A stretch of 64,000 nt of DNA from Amoeboaphelidium protococcarum X5 (GCA_023515725.1 JALDTO010000212.1:1-64000); one strand, 5' to 3'; positions 1 through 12,503 are shown, counted from the stretch's first letter. The notes: generated from the letters alone by a model not told the origin. Numbers and translations are program-made.

Positions 1-480
1 AAACAGTTGTAAGAAACAAATATTCGTTTCTGCTTTTTAAATAGCGACGCGCTTTTGCGGCTCTCGGATTCCGTACGCGAATTAAATTATCTGGCTTAAA
101 GTATAATTCATCAACAGTTATAAAAGATATTCCGCAGTCACAAGAGTTGGATCGACTGATGGTGGATGATCGGCCTGAACCTCTGCCTCGATATGTCCTC
201 CCGTTCTCTCCCCCCTATCCGGCTAGACACTTGTACAAGCAAACTGCGGTAAGTTTATTTTTTAACACAGGAGATTATTACATTGTTATGATTATTATGA
301 GTAGATATTCCAGCATAAAGAACAAGATGTGAAGAAAATAAGACTCGATGCAGCTGAACAGACTGCGGCGTCATAAAAGAATTTGAAATAGCTAGTACAA
401 AAGACTGACAGAACTGTCGTGAATTTCTTTGGGAAATTAAACAAGTAGAATTTCGAAGGCTAATTATCTATTCGGTTGCC
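1..480 (+). CDS. Possible partial coding region of unknown product; boundaries unresolved
   Basis: TGA-free frame from position 3, putative intron GTAAGT 249..304 (ends GAGTAG), second TGA-free frame after it; no family recognised. Confidence 0.3.
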
Positions 481-621
481 TGTAATTAATTTTTTCCAAC
501 TCTCATTGATAATTATTTTGTAATAATAAACTGTGCTATAACGTAGAATTGTATTTTTCTCTTCTCTGTCTCTCTTATTCTCTCTTCCCTTAGAGCGTCT
601 CTCACAGTAATCTATACTAAA

Positions 622-1275
622 ATGTCCTCAAAGCTTCTGCCTCGCGTCATTTAGTCACTCCGAAGTGTAAAATAATCCAAGATTTAATTGAACAGAAATG
701 TGCCTGCTCTAGCAGATGTGTATCGGTCAAAGAAATAGCATATGCTCTTTAAGTAGAGTGATTAATTCAAAGAACGCGTCACTAGTGTCGCTAATGCACC
801 GTATGGAATATAAAAAGAAGTGATATTCGCAGAGATTGGTGGCCCTTTTGCAGCGAATGGCGTCAATGGTTAATATGTCAATCCATTGTAGAAAGTTGTG
901 GTACAATATTGTGATTTAGGTGGAAGTTCGGCTGGAATGCGAGAATTTATACTGACGCGTCTTGCTCAATGGGCAAAGAAGAATCCACACGTTGAAGTCA
1001 TCGTGTAGCCGCGACCTTTCCATCATCCTCACCTACGAGCGACTTATGATAACGGCCATACTAAGGTGATCTGTGTGCGCAACTAAAACATTAAGGATAT
1101 TGGCGAAAGATTGCAGCATTACGTGGACTCTGTTGGAATGCCTCTCTTGAAGCCGAGAAAGCCAGTCTACAGCGTGACTGAAAGCATTCGCGGCATCTGG
1201 ACTCCATTCAAAGAGCCAGCTTTGCGTGTCACCAACCTTCCACAGGGACCGAAATATTTATACGGGAACCAATGA
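622..1275 (+). CDS. MRPL43: Mitochondrial ribosomal protein mL43 (MRPL43 / yeast Mrpl51)
   Basis: ATG 622 to TGA 1273-1275 with TAR=Gln; motifs NGV..YV.P.QKVVVQYCDLGGSSAGMREF, NPHVEV..QPRPFHHPHLRATYDNGHTKVICVRN, SIRGIWTPF. Confidence 0.9.
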
Positions 1276-1524
1276 ATAATAAATAGCTTATGTGTTGATT
1301 TAAGTTTTGATTGCCCTTAATAGAAGCGATGATTGACTCTTGTCAGTGCTATCATTGTTCAGCCAATCAGTCAGCGGCGTTTGATCTCTCTTTCTTTTTT
1401 TCTGTCTGCTTTGATGTCGTCTGTGTGAAACGCGTGATTCTTTAGTGATTCCTCGTGATTACATTAGTGAAGTCTTCTATAACACATCATATCTATCTAT
1501 ATATTCTCTTACATTCATAGTTAT

Positions 1525-3480
1525 ATGGAGCCAGCGTTACATTTAGCCGAGTATAAATAGTTGTATGATGTCTTGGGTGGAATGCCTCTACCCAGTTGTC
1601 CTCACAATCCGTATAATCTTGCCGTGGACTAGCCACCTATTGATGAACTGCCTGGAAAATCTTCTATATTCGGAATACCTAGTGCGTCTACATCTCTTAT
1701 CAGTTTATTTGGATTTGCTTTTGCTTTCATGTTTGTGCTCATTATATTTATTCGATTGAATTCCATCTACCTATTCGGACGTGTCATTGATTTTAAAAGT
1801 GTATAGAGTCATCTGTATGGATACACATTGTTGATATTGAGTATTGCTCTCCTGCTGAATGCAATTAGATATATGATTAATTTACCTTATTATGTCTTTA
1901 TGGATTCTGGTGATGGGGGATAGCGATATCAGTAGATTTAGAATGGAAAAGCTGTAGATAATGCTCTGCTTCTCACCATCTCTGTGCTCAATTCTCTCTC
2001 CTTATTCATCCTTACACTAGCATTGCATTGGAATTGGAAATATCGCACTCATGGCTTTATAGAATTTGAAGAGAATGAATTGGAGCAGATTGAATAGTAG
2101 CAATAGCAAATTGACGAATCTAATGACCGATAATTTGATTCCAGGTATGGAATATTCACGATTAATAATAATAATGCTGATAATAATGAACGTAGAAATC
2201 GGAATATAAACTAAATGAGTGGTGGTGGTAGTCCGAGATCATAGACCAATAGTGTTTATGACCGATGGAGGCATATATTACGGAGGTCGCGACAATCCGA
2301 TGGATCCATGTAAGATGAAGAGATTGGTCTGCTCTCAGAGTCGTCTGAGAATGGAGACATGGTGCCTAGTACCTCATCCTCTAATGGCTCTAATCTTGTG
2401 GATAGGTACGAATTCGGGTTGAATAAGAGATCGAGACGATTTGGTTTTCCCACTTGGATTCTCCCTCTATCTCGGCGCGTTGGGGATTACATTTCCGGTA
2501 ATCGGTGGATGTAAAAAGTGCTCATCTTGATGGATAAGATTGCCCTGGCAGTTTTCATCATTCACTTGATATGCATGTATATGAATGTTGCACCTCTTCC
2601 ACATAGCTTTAATAACATATTCACGATTGTGTACTTGTCCAGTTATGGACTAGTCTTTGTACCTCTATTGTGTTTGGTTCTGGCTATCCTGATTAAGAAA
2701 TCTGCGGCATCGTCTTCATCTACTTCGCATATCCTTAATTTGAGTCGTAGTGGAAGTAGTGGTTTAATGAATAATAATAGCAATAGCGTACTTGATAGGT
2801 AGATTGTGGACAAACACGAAGGACCCACCTAGATTGGTAAAGCTTATCTATCTCTTATGACAATATTTCTCGTGATTGGATTTTCTATACCACTCAACAA
2901 TGTGGTCAGGATAATATACGACTCAGCATCATCTCACTCTCCATCCAATGATAACTGTGCTGCCGCGACTCTGCTCAAATGCCTGCCTTTGTTATCCAGT
3001 TCTCGCTCTGAAAATGAACTTGCTCTGTAGCAGGACATTCTCTCAATATCCCTGTTTGATTTCATAATAATTGCCCAGATTTTGGCCATCATGTTCATAT
3101 ATCTATTTGCGCGAAGTGAATTCAAGCGCGTCAAGTAACGAATGGTCTGGTTCATTGTTCGCCGCGTTACTGGAGTATTTGGATTTAATGATATCAATGT
3201 CGAGCCCGTGATGGTTGAGCCTCAATTTGCCGTACCTTCTACGTCGCGGTAAGATGTTGCTGATTACAATGATGTCAAGTAGTATTAGTCAGAATTAATA
3301 GTTACTGGCGAGTCACGCGATAGTTTATCATCTGATTAACCGATTATCCAATCTGGTTCTTCTGATGAAGTCTCAGTCTATCAAGACGTCATATCGGAGG
3401 ATCATATCATGCAAATTGAGCATATTCTTGCCGAGTAGTAGTAAGGGCAATCCATAAAATACTCTCGTTATTCTGAATGA
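1525..3480 (+). CDS. Uncharacterised multi-pass (~7 TM) membrane protein with a long Gln/Asn-rich loop
   Basis: Single frame from ATG 1525 to TGA 3478-3480; about seven hydrophobic segments; poly-Q stretch written TAG TAG CAA TAG CAA. Confidence 0.7.
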
Positions 3481-3686
3481 TATAAACTGTATTTGTAAAT
3501 ATAGCAAGTCGTTTTTTATGGAATAAATTCTTATTATATCTTTTACCACAACTTTATTTACAAGTTGACGGTCACTTGAAAGGAAGTATGGTTTTCCCTC
3601 TTTTGCTCTCTTTCAATTCTACACAAATCATATCAATTTCCATTAATAACATTGAAATATAAAATTGTGAATATCATTCAGATAAA

Positions 3687-4448
3687 ATGCCAAAAGGAGA
3701 TCCAGGTGGACCAAAAGCTATTGCAAAGTAATTGAAAGCGAAAGGACTGTAGAAGCTTAAGTGCTATTGCTAAATGTGTGAGAAGCAGTGCCGCGATGAT
3801 AATGGATTCAAGAGTCATTGCCAGACTGAGGGACATTAGAGATAGCTGCTCCTGTTTGCGAATAATCCTAATAAACATATCAGAGATTTCTCTGCTGAAT
3901 TTCTTAATGGATTCGTCTCACTACTCAGTAGACGGTATGGTACAACGCGTGTATGGGCTAACAAGGTGTATCAGGAGTATATCAGTGATCGGAATCATTT
4001 GCACATGAATGCCACATGCTGGTCCACACTCTCTGGGTTTGTACAACATTTGGGTAAGAAGGGAATCTGTAAGGTGGAGGATGATGGGCGTGGCGGATGG
4101 TATATTACATGGATAGACAACTCGCCCAGAGCAATGATGTAGACGTTGAATGCTTAACGAATGCAGAGATTATAAAAGGATCAAGATGATCTTGATCGAC
4201 GAGTTATCGACTAGTAAGTCGCGAAAGGACAGGAAATTTCATAAATGTAGTAGAGTTTATCATAAAAGGAAGATCTTGATCCTAGTGCTGCGTCTTCAGG
4301 TGATAAAAGTGCTTTGATGAATAGTAAAAGTGATCAGAAACTCGACAATGTTCAAGATTTTAATCTGGATGATGACAAGAAGATATCTTTCAGCCTATCG
4401 AGTAAGTAAAGTAAGAAGAGAAAGATTATTCATGATGATATAGAATGA
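3687..4448 (+). CDS. KIN17: KIN17/Rts2 zinc-finger DNA/RNA-binding protein (short, fungal-type)
   Basis: MPKG..GGPKAIAKQLKAKGLQKLKCYCQMCEKQCRDDNGFKSH and HLHMNATCWSTL; the Gln codons in GLQKL and YCQMC are TAG and TAA. Confidence 0.93.
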
Positions 4449-4707
4449 TTAGCTTTGATTAATGTAATTAATATACATGATGCTGCAAAAATTAAACTAT
4501 TATGGCCTTTTGAGACTGTGAAGCGTTCTGTTGTCAAATACCACCGGATCCTCCAGTCTTCATGTTAACGAAACTTAGAGCGCTGATAAAGATAAGAGCC
4601 CTATCAAAAACTCCGCTGTCGTGTAAAATCAACATTAAACGTTCGTCTTACAGTACATCAGATAGCGGGACTATGACAACTTTGACTGGATTTGGTGTTC
4701 AAACTGA

Positions 4708-6370
4708 ACTGAGCGATCTTAGTTCATTTTGGCCGGATCATCCGATTTTGACCGATTTGTGCAAAACTGGATGATAGACCGTATGGGAGTGAGACAAGCG
4801 ATTTCAGTCGGGATTTTAAGTTCATTCAAGTAATTATAGTTTCTACTATGATACTCTAGTCATTTGAAAGACTCTACATTACTTCGCTCTTTAAAATCAT
4901 CAGCTGCATTCGGATCATCCGATTTTGACCGATTTGTGCAAAACTGGATGATACACAACTAGAGAGTGAGACAAGCGTTTCGAGTCCCGATTTTAAGTTC
5001 ATTCAAGTAATTATAGTTTCTACTATGATACTCTAGTCATTTGAAAGACTCTACATTACTTCGCTCTTTAAAATCATCAGCTGCATTCGGATCATCCGAT
5101 TTTGACCGATTTGTGCAAAACTGGATGATACACAACTAGAGAGTGAGACAAGCGATTTTAGTCGGGATTTTAAGCTCATTCAATTAATAATAGCTTCTAC
5201 TATGATACTCTAGTCATTTGAAAGACTCTACATTACTTCGCTCTTTAAAATCATCAGCTGCATTCGGATCATCCGATTTTGACCGATTTGTGCAAAACTG
5301 GATGATACACAACTAGAGAGTGAGACAAGCGTTTCGAGTCCCGATTTTAAGTTCATTCAAGTAATTATAGTTTCTACTATGATATTCTAATCATTTAGAA
5401 GACTCTGCAATGTGTCGCTCCTCAGAGTCATCAGCGGCAGTTGGATCATCCGATTTTGACCGATTTGTGCAAAACTGGATGATACACAACTAGAGAGTGA
5501 GACAAGCGTTTCGAGTCCCGATTTTAAGTTCATTCAAGTAATTATAGTTTCTACTATGATATTCTAATCATTTAGAAGACTCTGCAATGTGTCGCTCCTC
5601 AGAGTCATCAGCGGCAGTTGGATCATCCGATTCTGACCGATTTGTGCAAAACTGGATGATACACAACTAGAGAGTGAGACAAGCGATTTCAGTCCCGATT
5701 TTAAGTTCATTCAAGTCATAATAGCTTCTACTATGATATTCTAATCATTTAGAAGACTCTGCAATGTGTCGCTCCTCAGAGTCATCAGCGGCAGTTGGAT
5801 CATCCGATTCTGACCGATTTGTGCAAAACTGGATGATAGACCATTCGAGAGTGAGAAAAGCGATTTTAGTCGGGACTTTAAGTTCATTCAAATCATAATA
5901 GCTTCTACTATGATATTCTATTCATTTAGAAGACTCTGCAATGTTTGGCTCCTCAAAATCATCGGTGTCAGTTGCATCCTCCGATTCTGACCGATTTGTG
6001 CAAAACTGGATGATAGACCATTCGAGAGTGAGAAAAGCGATTTTAGTCTCAATTTTAAGCTCAGTCAAGTTATAATAGCTTCTCCTATGATACTATAATC
6101 ATTGGAAAGACTCTGTAATGTGTCGCTCCTCAAAATCATCAGCGGCAGTTGGATCATCCGATTATGACCGATTTGTGCAAAACTGGATGATACACAATTA
6201 GAGAGTAAGGCAAGCGTTTCGAGTCGGGATTTTAAGTTCCTTTAAGTCATAATAGCTTCTACTATGATATTCTAAGTATTTGAAAGACTCTACATTACAT
6301 CGCTCTTCAAAATCATTGGTGGCAGTTGGATCATCCGATTCGAGCAAAAATGGAGCTAGGATCGTTTAGT
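4708..6370. mobile_element. Putative non-autonomous DNA element: imperfect inverted repeats (4708-4734 / 6342-6370) enclosing the 177-bp array
   Basis: ACTGAGCGATCTTAGTT-CATTTTGGCC versus reverse complement of the right flank ACTAAACGATCCTAGCTCCATTTTTGCT, 21/28 identical; no transposase or target-site duplication seen. Confidence 0.35.
4735..6340. repeat. Tandem array of nine 177-bp units plus a partial tenth (satellite-like)
   Basis: Unit start GGATCATCCGATT (variant GCATCCTCCGATT at 5974) recurs at 4735, 4912, 5089, 5266, 5443, 5620, 5797, 5974, 6151, 6328, an exact 177-bp period; TGA in all six frames of the unit read. Confidence 0.97.
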
Positions 6371-6696
6371 AACGGTATAGTACTGATTATCAGTTTAAGA
6401 GTTTTTATGTCACAGTAAGAAAAACCGTGAGTCTTACATACTCGAAGCATATACTTGAGCTTCAACAAATAGGAAATACCGAACTCCAATCGTCAGAGCG
6501 TAAAAATTACAGTAATGTACATCATAGTGAGTAATGAGTGTTTACTGTTTGTTTCATCTTCCCCGCACATACTGTACACCGTCATCATAGCCATTAATAA
6601 ATAAAACGTAGATAACCAAAGATTGTTTATGAATAGTTGGATATTATTACTATAGAAGTATTTATGGTACATGCAAGTACATTTTTCATGATATAA

Positions 6697-8142
6697 TCAC
6701 TTTATGTTACGACGCGTTCTGGTATCAATCACCACTAGATCATCCACATTCTCAACGTTTCGTGCCATTGGATCTAATAAAGACTTTCCGGTCAAATCTT
6801 TTTCAAACTTCAATTCTCTTACCTAAAAGGAAACTGCCTTGTCTATTCCACCCTATTATGCTTACTAACTACCAGGGTAGTCACCTTACTTAAAACAAGA
6901 CCCGCAGCTAGGAATTCCGTGAGCTTAACATGTCTCTTTATGTAAGGCATTGCTGGTCAAATCATCACTGTCTTCTTACTGCGACTAAGTCTACCATACA
7001 GCAGATGGTTTAAGCTTCTTTCTGAAATTAGATAGTCGATCAAGAACATCCTGCTCGCGTTTGGATGCAGTTTTAGAGGATCTACCCTGCATCAGCTATC
7101 CAGACTTTTACTACTATGACAGCATCTATTGATTCAACTAAGCCAGCGTAAATTACGATTTTCTCTTTACTTTTTAGAGTGACTATGCAGGTTGGATATA
7201 GTCGGACTAAGTCGCTGAGGTAATTTATTGTGTACCAGTGACACTTTTAGACTCGTCAAGTTGGGCAGGAGTTTCCGCGATTGGAGATGAGTCTTTACTG
7301 AGATACTCTGAAGACTCTTTAATTACTTTCTCATCAGGCAATTACTAGTTCTATTTCTCAAAACGTTCTTATATGGCGACTTGATTCCTGTTTATATCTG
7401 TATTAGAAGTGGGCACTTATCTTATGGGCCTAGAAGAGTTTGAGAGTATACGCTTCTTCTTTATGACACCTGAAGTATTAATATGCTCCACATTGAACGA
7501 CAGTAGAGTTGACGCGTCACCACCATTATCGATTACTTTTCTAGACTTGCTATCAGATTTAGAGGACTGCTATTAGTTAAAATATCTTGTCACTTTTAAG
7601 TCCTTAAAAGGATTATCGATAACCTAAAACTTGTGTAATAGAACAGGGTACACCAATTCTCCACTATCATTGATTTCGTATTGTTCTAGCTTGAGAACGT
7701 TATATATAGAATCACCCACAACTTGACCAATGATCACATGCTAGTTATTCAAATGCTAACAAGGAGCGAACGTGATAAAAAACTCTGGCGTTATGCTCTA
7801 ACTCTTATATGATGGTTAATAAGCTATAGCGACTAAACCTCTCTATGTAAATCGTAATCGCGCATTGTACTCAGCTCTCTGTGGAATTAGAAGATCAGCA
7901 ATATCTGACACTCGTACACCATCATCACTAGCTCTATGTCCAAATACAGCCATAAAGCCAGGCTCAACTCTACTCACACGCGATCCATCATAATAGCCAG
8001 CCATACCACAATGCAGAAAATATTTGACATGTTTTGGACATTCATTGGCATATAGATCAATCTCAATCGCTCCTAACTAAGTATCTAATATGATGCGCCC
8101 ACTCGATTTAGGAGTTAAACTACTACTGATATTACTACTCAT
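6697..8142 (-). CDS. CWC27: Spliceosome-associated cyclophilin-like protein CWC27
   Basis: N-terminal PKSSGRIILDTQLGAIEIDLYANECPKHV..F....MAGYYDG cyclophilin-like domain; charged C-terminus ending KLKFEKD..DPMAR..DDLVVIDTR; TGA at 6699-6697. Confidence 0.8.
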
Positions 8143-8239
8143 AAGGCGAGGATTTTATATATCGCTCAGATTAAATTGATTCTTCTTCAATTTTCGGTCT
8201 TTTGAGAACAGAGAACTATTAGATCACGAGAGATAAAAA

Positions 8240-8765
8240 ATGTCCACCCAGCAGTAGTCGTAGCGATAAATATATCATGAAGAAAGTTTATTGAGGAATT
8301 AGAAAGCTGTCAGGTTGATGTAAGACTAAATTCGGACTTTCGTGCGCCTTTACTGTTTAATCTGAATGCAACCATGACACGTTATGATTGTAGAAGAGAT
8401 GCATCCTCGCCATTATTTGGAATGTGTGCCGGAATTCTTGGTCTCACCTCCTATATGGGATTTGTATTTTACTTTGCGATGAGCGCGTTATTGAGTGGGA
8501 TGATCTTGGTGTTTGTTGGCAAAGGTGCTCATCACAGTAAATACTTTCCATCTCTGACTTGGCTGTTGACTGAAGGTGTATTTGGGAACGTTTTGGTAAG
8601 TTTTGATCTCTCATTTTTATGGTTACAATAGTTCCCGTCATATATACGTGTAGTCTTTCGTTCTCTTTTGGACGTAACTTAATTTTCTGATACTTGATAT
8701 ATGTAATGCATTATATAATGATAATTTGTAGGTTGTTTTATGGACTGGTTCACGTGTATGATTGA
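8240..8765 (+). CDS. EMC6: ER membrane protein complex subunit 6 (introns 8320-8393, 8596-8653, 8674-8731)
   Basis: Spliced product contains NQKAVRLIRDASSPLFGMCAGILGLTSYMGFVFY and ends SFVLFWTLFYGLVHVYD*. Confidence 0.9.
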
Positions 8766-9032
8766 CAACATTGTGCTAAATATATTCTCCTCTTGAGCAT
8801 TACTGTAAGTCCTCTCGCTTCTTGCGCCGCATTTCGTTTCTCGTTCGCTTTGCCGCTCTCTGTCTGATCTTGGCTTAGAGGAAACATTGGAGCGAGACGA
8901 ACGATCCAAGTCGAGTTTTGACATTCTTCCTTTCCGCAGTTGTTGTTATTGTTCAATTTGTAGTCTGCGCCTATTTTAGTTTAATTACAACATAATAGTA
9001 CATTCATTTACATATTGTGAACTATTATCATC

Positions 9033-9971
9033 ATGATTTTGTTGGAACCTACTAATAAGATTATTCAGGAAACTCTGAATTATCGATTTGAGTCTAATGA
9101 GATGGAGGGCGGACCTGCCGTGCTGGATGTTTCATTGGCAGACTATGACGGTGTCACCTACCACATCACCACTCCACTTGAGGACAAGAATGTTGTGCAG
9201 TTGTCTATGCGCTTAAAGTGTTTTTAGGATGAGCTGGTGCATTACGGTGCATGGGATGTGTTGCAGAGGGAGTTTGGCGATTGGCTGTTGGATCCATCAC
9301 AGGTTGAGAGTGGATTCGATGTCTCTCTGCAGGTGAACTTGGCCCAGCTTGGTAGCTAGCAGGATCGTGATGAAGCAGTTAGAAAATTGTCCTCCCTGAA
9401 GACTCTGGTTATGGCAGCTCCGTTTGAGAAGGCATTTGAGTAGTAGTTGAGTGGCAAATTGACTTAGAAATAGGATGGTGAGTTGATGAAGATTTCATAC
9501 CGTGATGATGAGGCGATTTACATCAAGGCTTCATTCGATCGAGTCACCGTCATCTTCAGCACCCTGTTCAAGGATGAGACTGATGTAAACTTTGGTAAAG
9601 TTTTCCTGTAAGAGTTTGTCGACTGTCGTAAGTAGGCTAATTTGTAGAATGCTCCTCAGGCGCTGTATACCAACAGAGATCCTCCCCTGGAACTACGCGG
9701 TCTTGTGAAGGAGATTGACAACATGGGCTATGTCACCTTTGTTCTGAATCCTCGCCATTACCAGACGGCACAGTCCAAGATTAACACCATCTCGCTGATT
9801 CAGTACTTTAGAAACTATCTACACTACCACATCAAGTGTAGCAAGGCTTACATGCACTCGCGTATGAGAGCCAAGGTTGATCAGTTTTTGAAGGTGTTGA
9901 ACCGTGCCAAGCCTGAGGTTGTGGATAAGGAGAAAAAGACTGCCAGTGGAAAGACGTTTGTGAGAAAGTGA
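9033..9971 (+). CDS. ARPC2: Arp2/3 complex subunit 2 (p34-Arc)
   Basis: [11 protein letters not shown]..., FGKVFLQEFVD (Q=TAA), [29 protein letters not shown]. Confidence 0.97.
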
Positions 9972-10294
9972 TTGTGAGCTGTGGTTTTGTTATACTTATC
10001 TGGTCTTTATTGTAATGAGCAATGAACCTGGCTGAAGTATTAAAAAAGTTTTATGTAATTTATTACCATCATTTTATGTTATTATTCACACGGACAGTTG
10101 ATCGTATAACATATGAATTGATTGTTAACAGCTAATTTGTCTTTCAGATAAACGCTACAGCTCTGTTTCGTCTCTCATCGTTTGTGATCTTTCTGCTCCT
10201 GAAATCTAGTGAAGTGAAACAATCTTCTGTTTGAACAACAATTCCATTAAAATTATATCAAAGTCGGATTTAGATAAAAGATTAGTGCGATATA

Positions 10295-11193
10295 ATGAAT
10301 AATAATGTTGAAAGGCTGTTGACTGCTAATACAGCGGCGGAGTCTGTTTATAAAACTGCTCCGTAGAGTCCAATGATAATCTTGCCGGATGATGTTGATG
10401 GATCATAGAGCACATCCACAGTGGACATGTCATTTATTAATACTTTGAGTAAGCGAAGAAGATAGCAGTTAACATATTTAAGCGACGTGATCACTGGCAA
10501 ACAATTATTCTATAACAGTGTCCGTTTGAATATGTACAGTAATGCTCAGCCTCAGTCACTACCATCTAATATGAGAAAGAAAACGTCCAACTGGTTGCAT
10601 TTTGGCGCATCGATCGGCGTTCTGCTTCGTATCGATGATAAGCGTCAACTCTTGAAAGCTTTATGTATACTATTGCAAGAATTTGATCATTACTAGAATG
10701 ACACTGTTGCAGTCAAGGTTTGAATTATCAATCATGCGTTTAATCTGAATGGCTAATTATTATTCTCAACTGATGATGTGTAGTAATGGCAATAGCTGTA
10801 AGGAAATCCCTATATAATTCTATAAACTGTTTCAGCTGGTCCAAAGAATTACTCTCAACTTGTAGTAAATCATATTGTAAGTTTGTTCTTGAAACTGTTC
10901 TTAACATCTATATATATACTTCTATACGTGTAATAAGGGTGTAGCCATTTGCTATAGATTATGCAACAGTTACACATTGTCTATGCGCGTTAATGTGTCG
11001 CGTCTATAAGCAGTTCAAGGAAATGAAATGGCCTTCCAGTGACGCGTCTGCTCAGAACGATTACAGTTTTTTTCAGATTGCCTTCAAGAAAGTTGACGCG
11101 AAACTGAAAGCGATCATTCAGTCTGTGCGCACAGACTTATAACAGATTGCCGATCTTCAAATGTAGTAGACGATCAATGGTTTGACATTTTGA
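10295..11193 (+). CDS. Hypothetical protein (putative introns 10717-10783, 10877-10944)
   Basis: ATG 10295; KRRRQQLTYLSDVITGKQLFYNSV...PFAIDYATVTHCLCALMCRVYKQF...FKKVDAKLK; TGA 11191-11193. Confidence 0.65.
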
Positions 11194-11250
11194 AGTGAAA
11201 TGGTATTCAGAAATATATAAATTGATAAATTGAATTAAACATTCCCTTGT

Positions 11251-12336
11251 TCATTTGCCTAGAACCGGTTCGAGAAGGATACCCAACAAAAACGCCGCAA
11301 TTGCAGCAATACCACCGGTCGCGAGCACTACACCACCGCTTTTATACCATTTTTAATTGGTGACACGGCTCTTGAGTACACCGAGAGAGAACAGACACAA
11401 CGCTGTCACAATACAAGATGCCATGTACGTGTAATTAAATCCTTGAACCACTCGTTAACCGGTGGCAAATGCGATAATATACACCAGGAGAGGAAGGAAT
11501 CCAAATACACAGAATGAACAAAAGATGGCAATGCCAGATTTCCAAGGTTGCTCGTTGGCATCTGGTGGCTGAATTCCAAGCTCATCGACCAACATCGTGT
11601 CCACAAAAACATCCTTGTACTTGCTCATAATATCAATGACAGCCACGGCATCAGCTTTAGACATTCCTCGGCCCTGGTAAATTTCAACCATCTCCTGCTT
11701 CTCTCCTTCCAAGTAATTCTCAGTCTCCCACAATTCACGTTTCCTCTCTGCAACAGCGTAATCGTATTCAGCTTTACTGGACAAATACTCACCGATACCC
11801 ATAGAGAGGCCATCGCCGACCAGATTGGCTAGACCAAGAATAATCGCCGTGCCTATAGCAAGATTGGCACCAGTTGATGACGAAAGCACTGCAAAAGTAG
11901 TAATGATACCATCTACACCTCCAAACACGACCGGCTTCAAGTAGCCGCCCACTTTATCGTGTTTCTCCTAGGCAGCAGAGTGATTTTTCCATCCACGAGT
12001 AGAATTGTCATCGCCATCATTGCCGAGAGTCTAATTCATTTCGATACCTTTCTGTCCATCGCCATCAGCGTCGTTAGGTGCAAAATCCTGCTCATCAGCA
12101 GTGCCGGACCTTTACACAGCATTTTGCCTTTTCTTTTCATGCGCAGCCCGTGAAGCTTCTGCATCCATATTTTTATGAGCTTTTCTGGCCTCGCTTAGAT
12201 TCCTGGACAATCCGCTGCTGGTCGTCGTATCCTGAGGTAAATTACCATCCTCTATATTCAGTACAAGCTCATCTTTCTTTATACTACTAGCGCTACTAGT
12301 GCTATCGCTGGGCTATGAATTATCAGCACCGCTCAT
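11251..12336 (-). CDS. CCC1: VIT1/CCC1 vacuolar iron/manganese transporter
   Basis: LKPVVFGGVDGIITTFA, ANLVGDGLSMGIGEYLS, ERKRELWE; in-frame ATG 12336; ends EPVLGK TGA. Confidence 0.92.
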
Positions 12337-12503
12337 TTCAGAAAATTCCAATGCGACTTTAAAAAATATTTCTCCTGGTGTCAAAATTGCAATGTAAAAA
12401 GGAAGATAAGATTGGGAGTAGATTCCCGGGGCGATGCTGTGAATCCCTTAAGGCGATGATGTCACACCAAATCTGAAGTCCCTTTGATGTGAATCCTTAC
12501 TGA

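Noticed and set aside
4880-6330. Hammerhead ribozyme or retrozyme on the minus strand (CTGATGA followed by a short stem)
   Set aside because: The required GAAA is GAAG or GACA, CTGATGA is mutated in units 7 and 9, and I find no stem I/III pairing; an Infernal search would settle it
4735-6340. CRISPR array (palindromic core plus spacers)
   Set aside because: The ~138-bp intervening segments are homologous to each other rather than unique, there are no cas genes, and the context is eukaryotic
4735-6340. Coding repeat of 59 aa
   Set aside because: TGA interrupts all six frames of the unit examined even with TAR=Gln
12456-12503. Box C/D snoRNA-like pattern (ATGATG...CTGA...TTGATG...CTGA)
   Set aside because: Only 48 nt, non-canonical C boxes, no terminal stem and no confidently identified rRNA target
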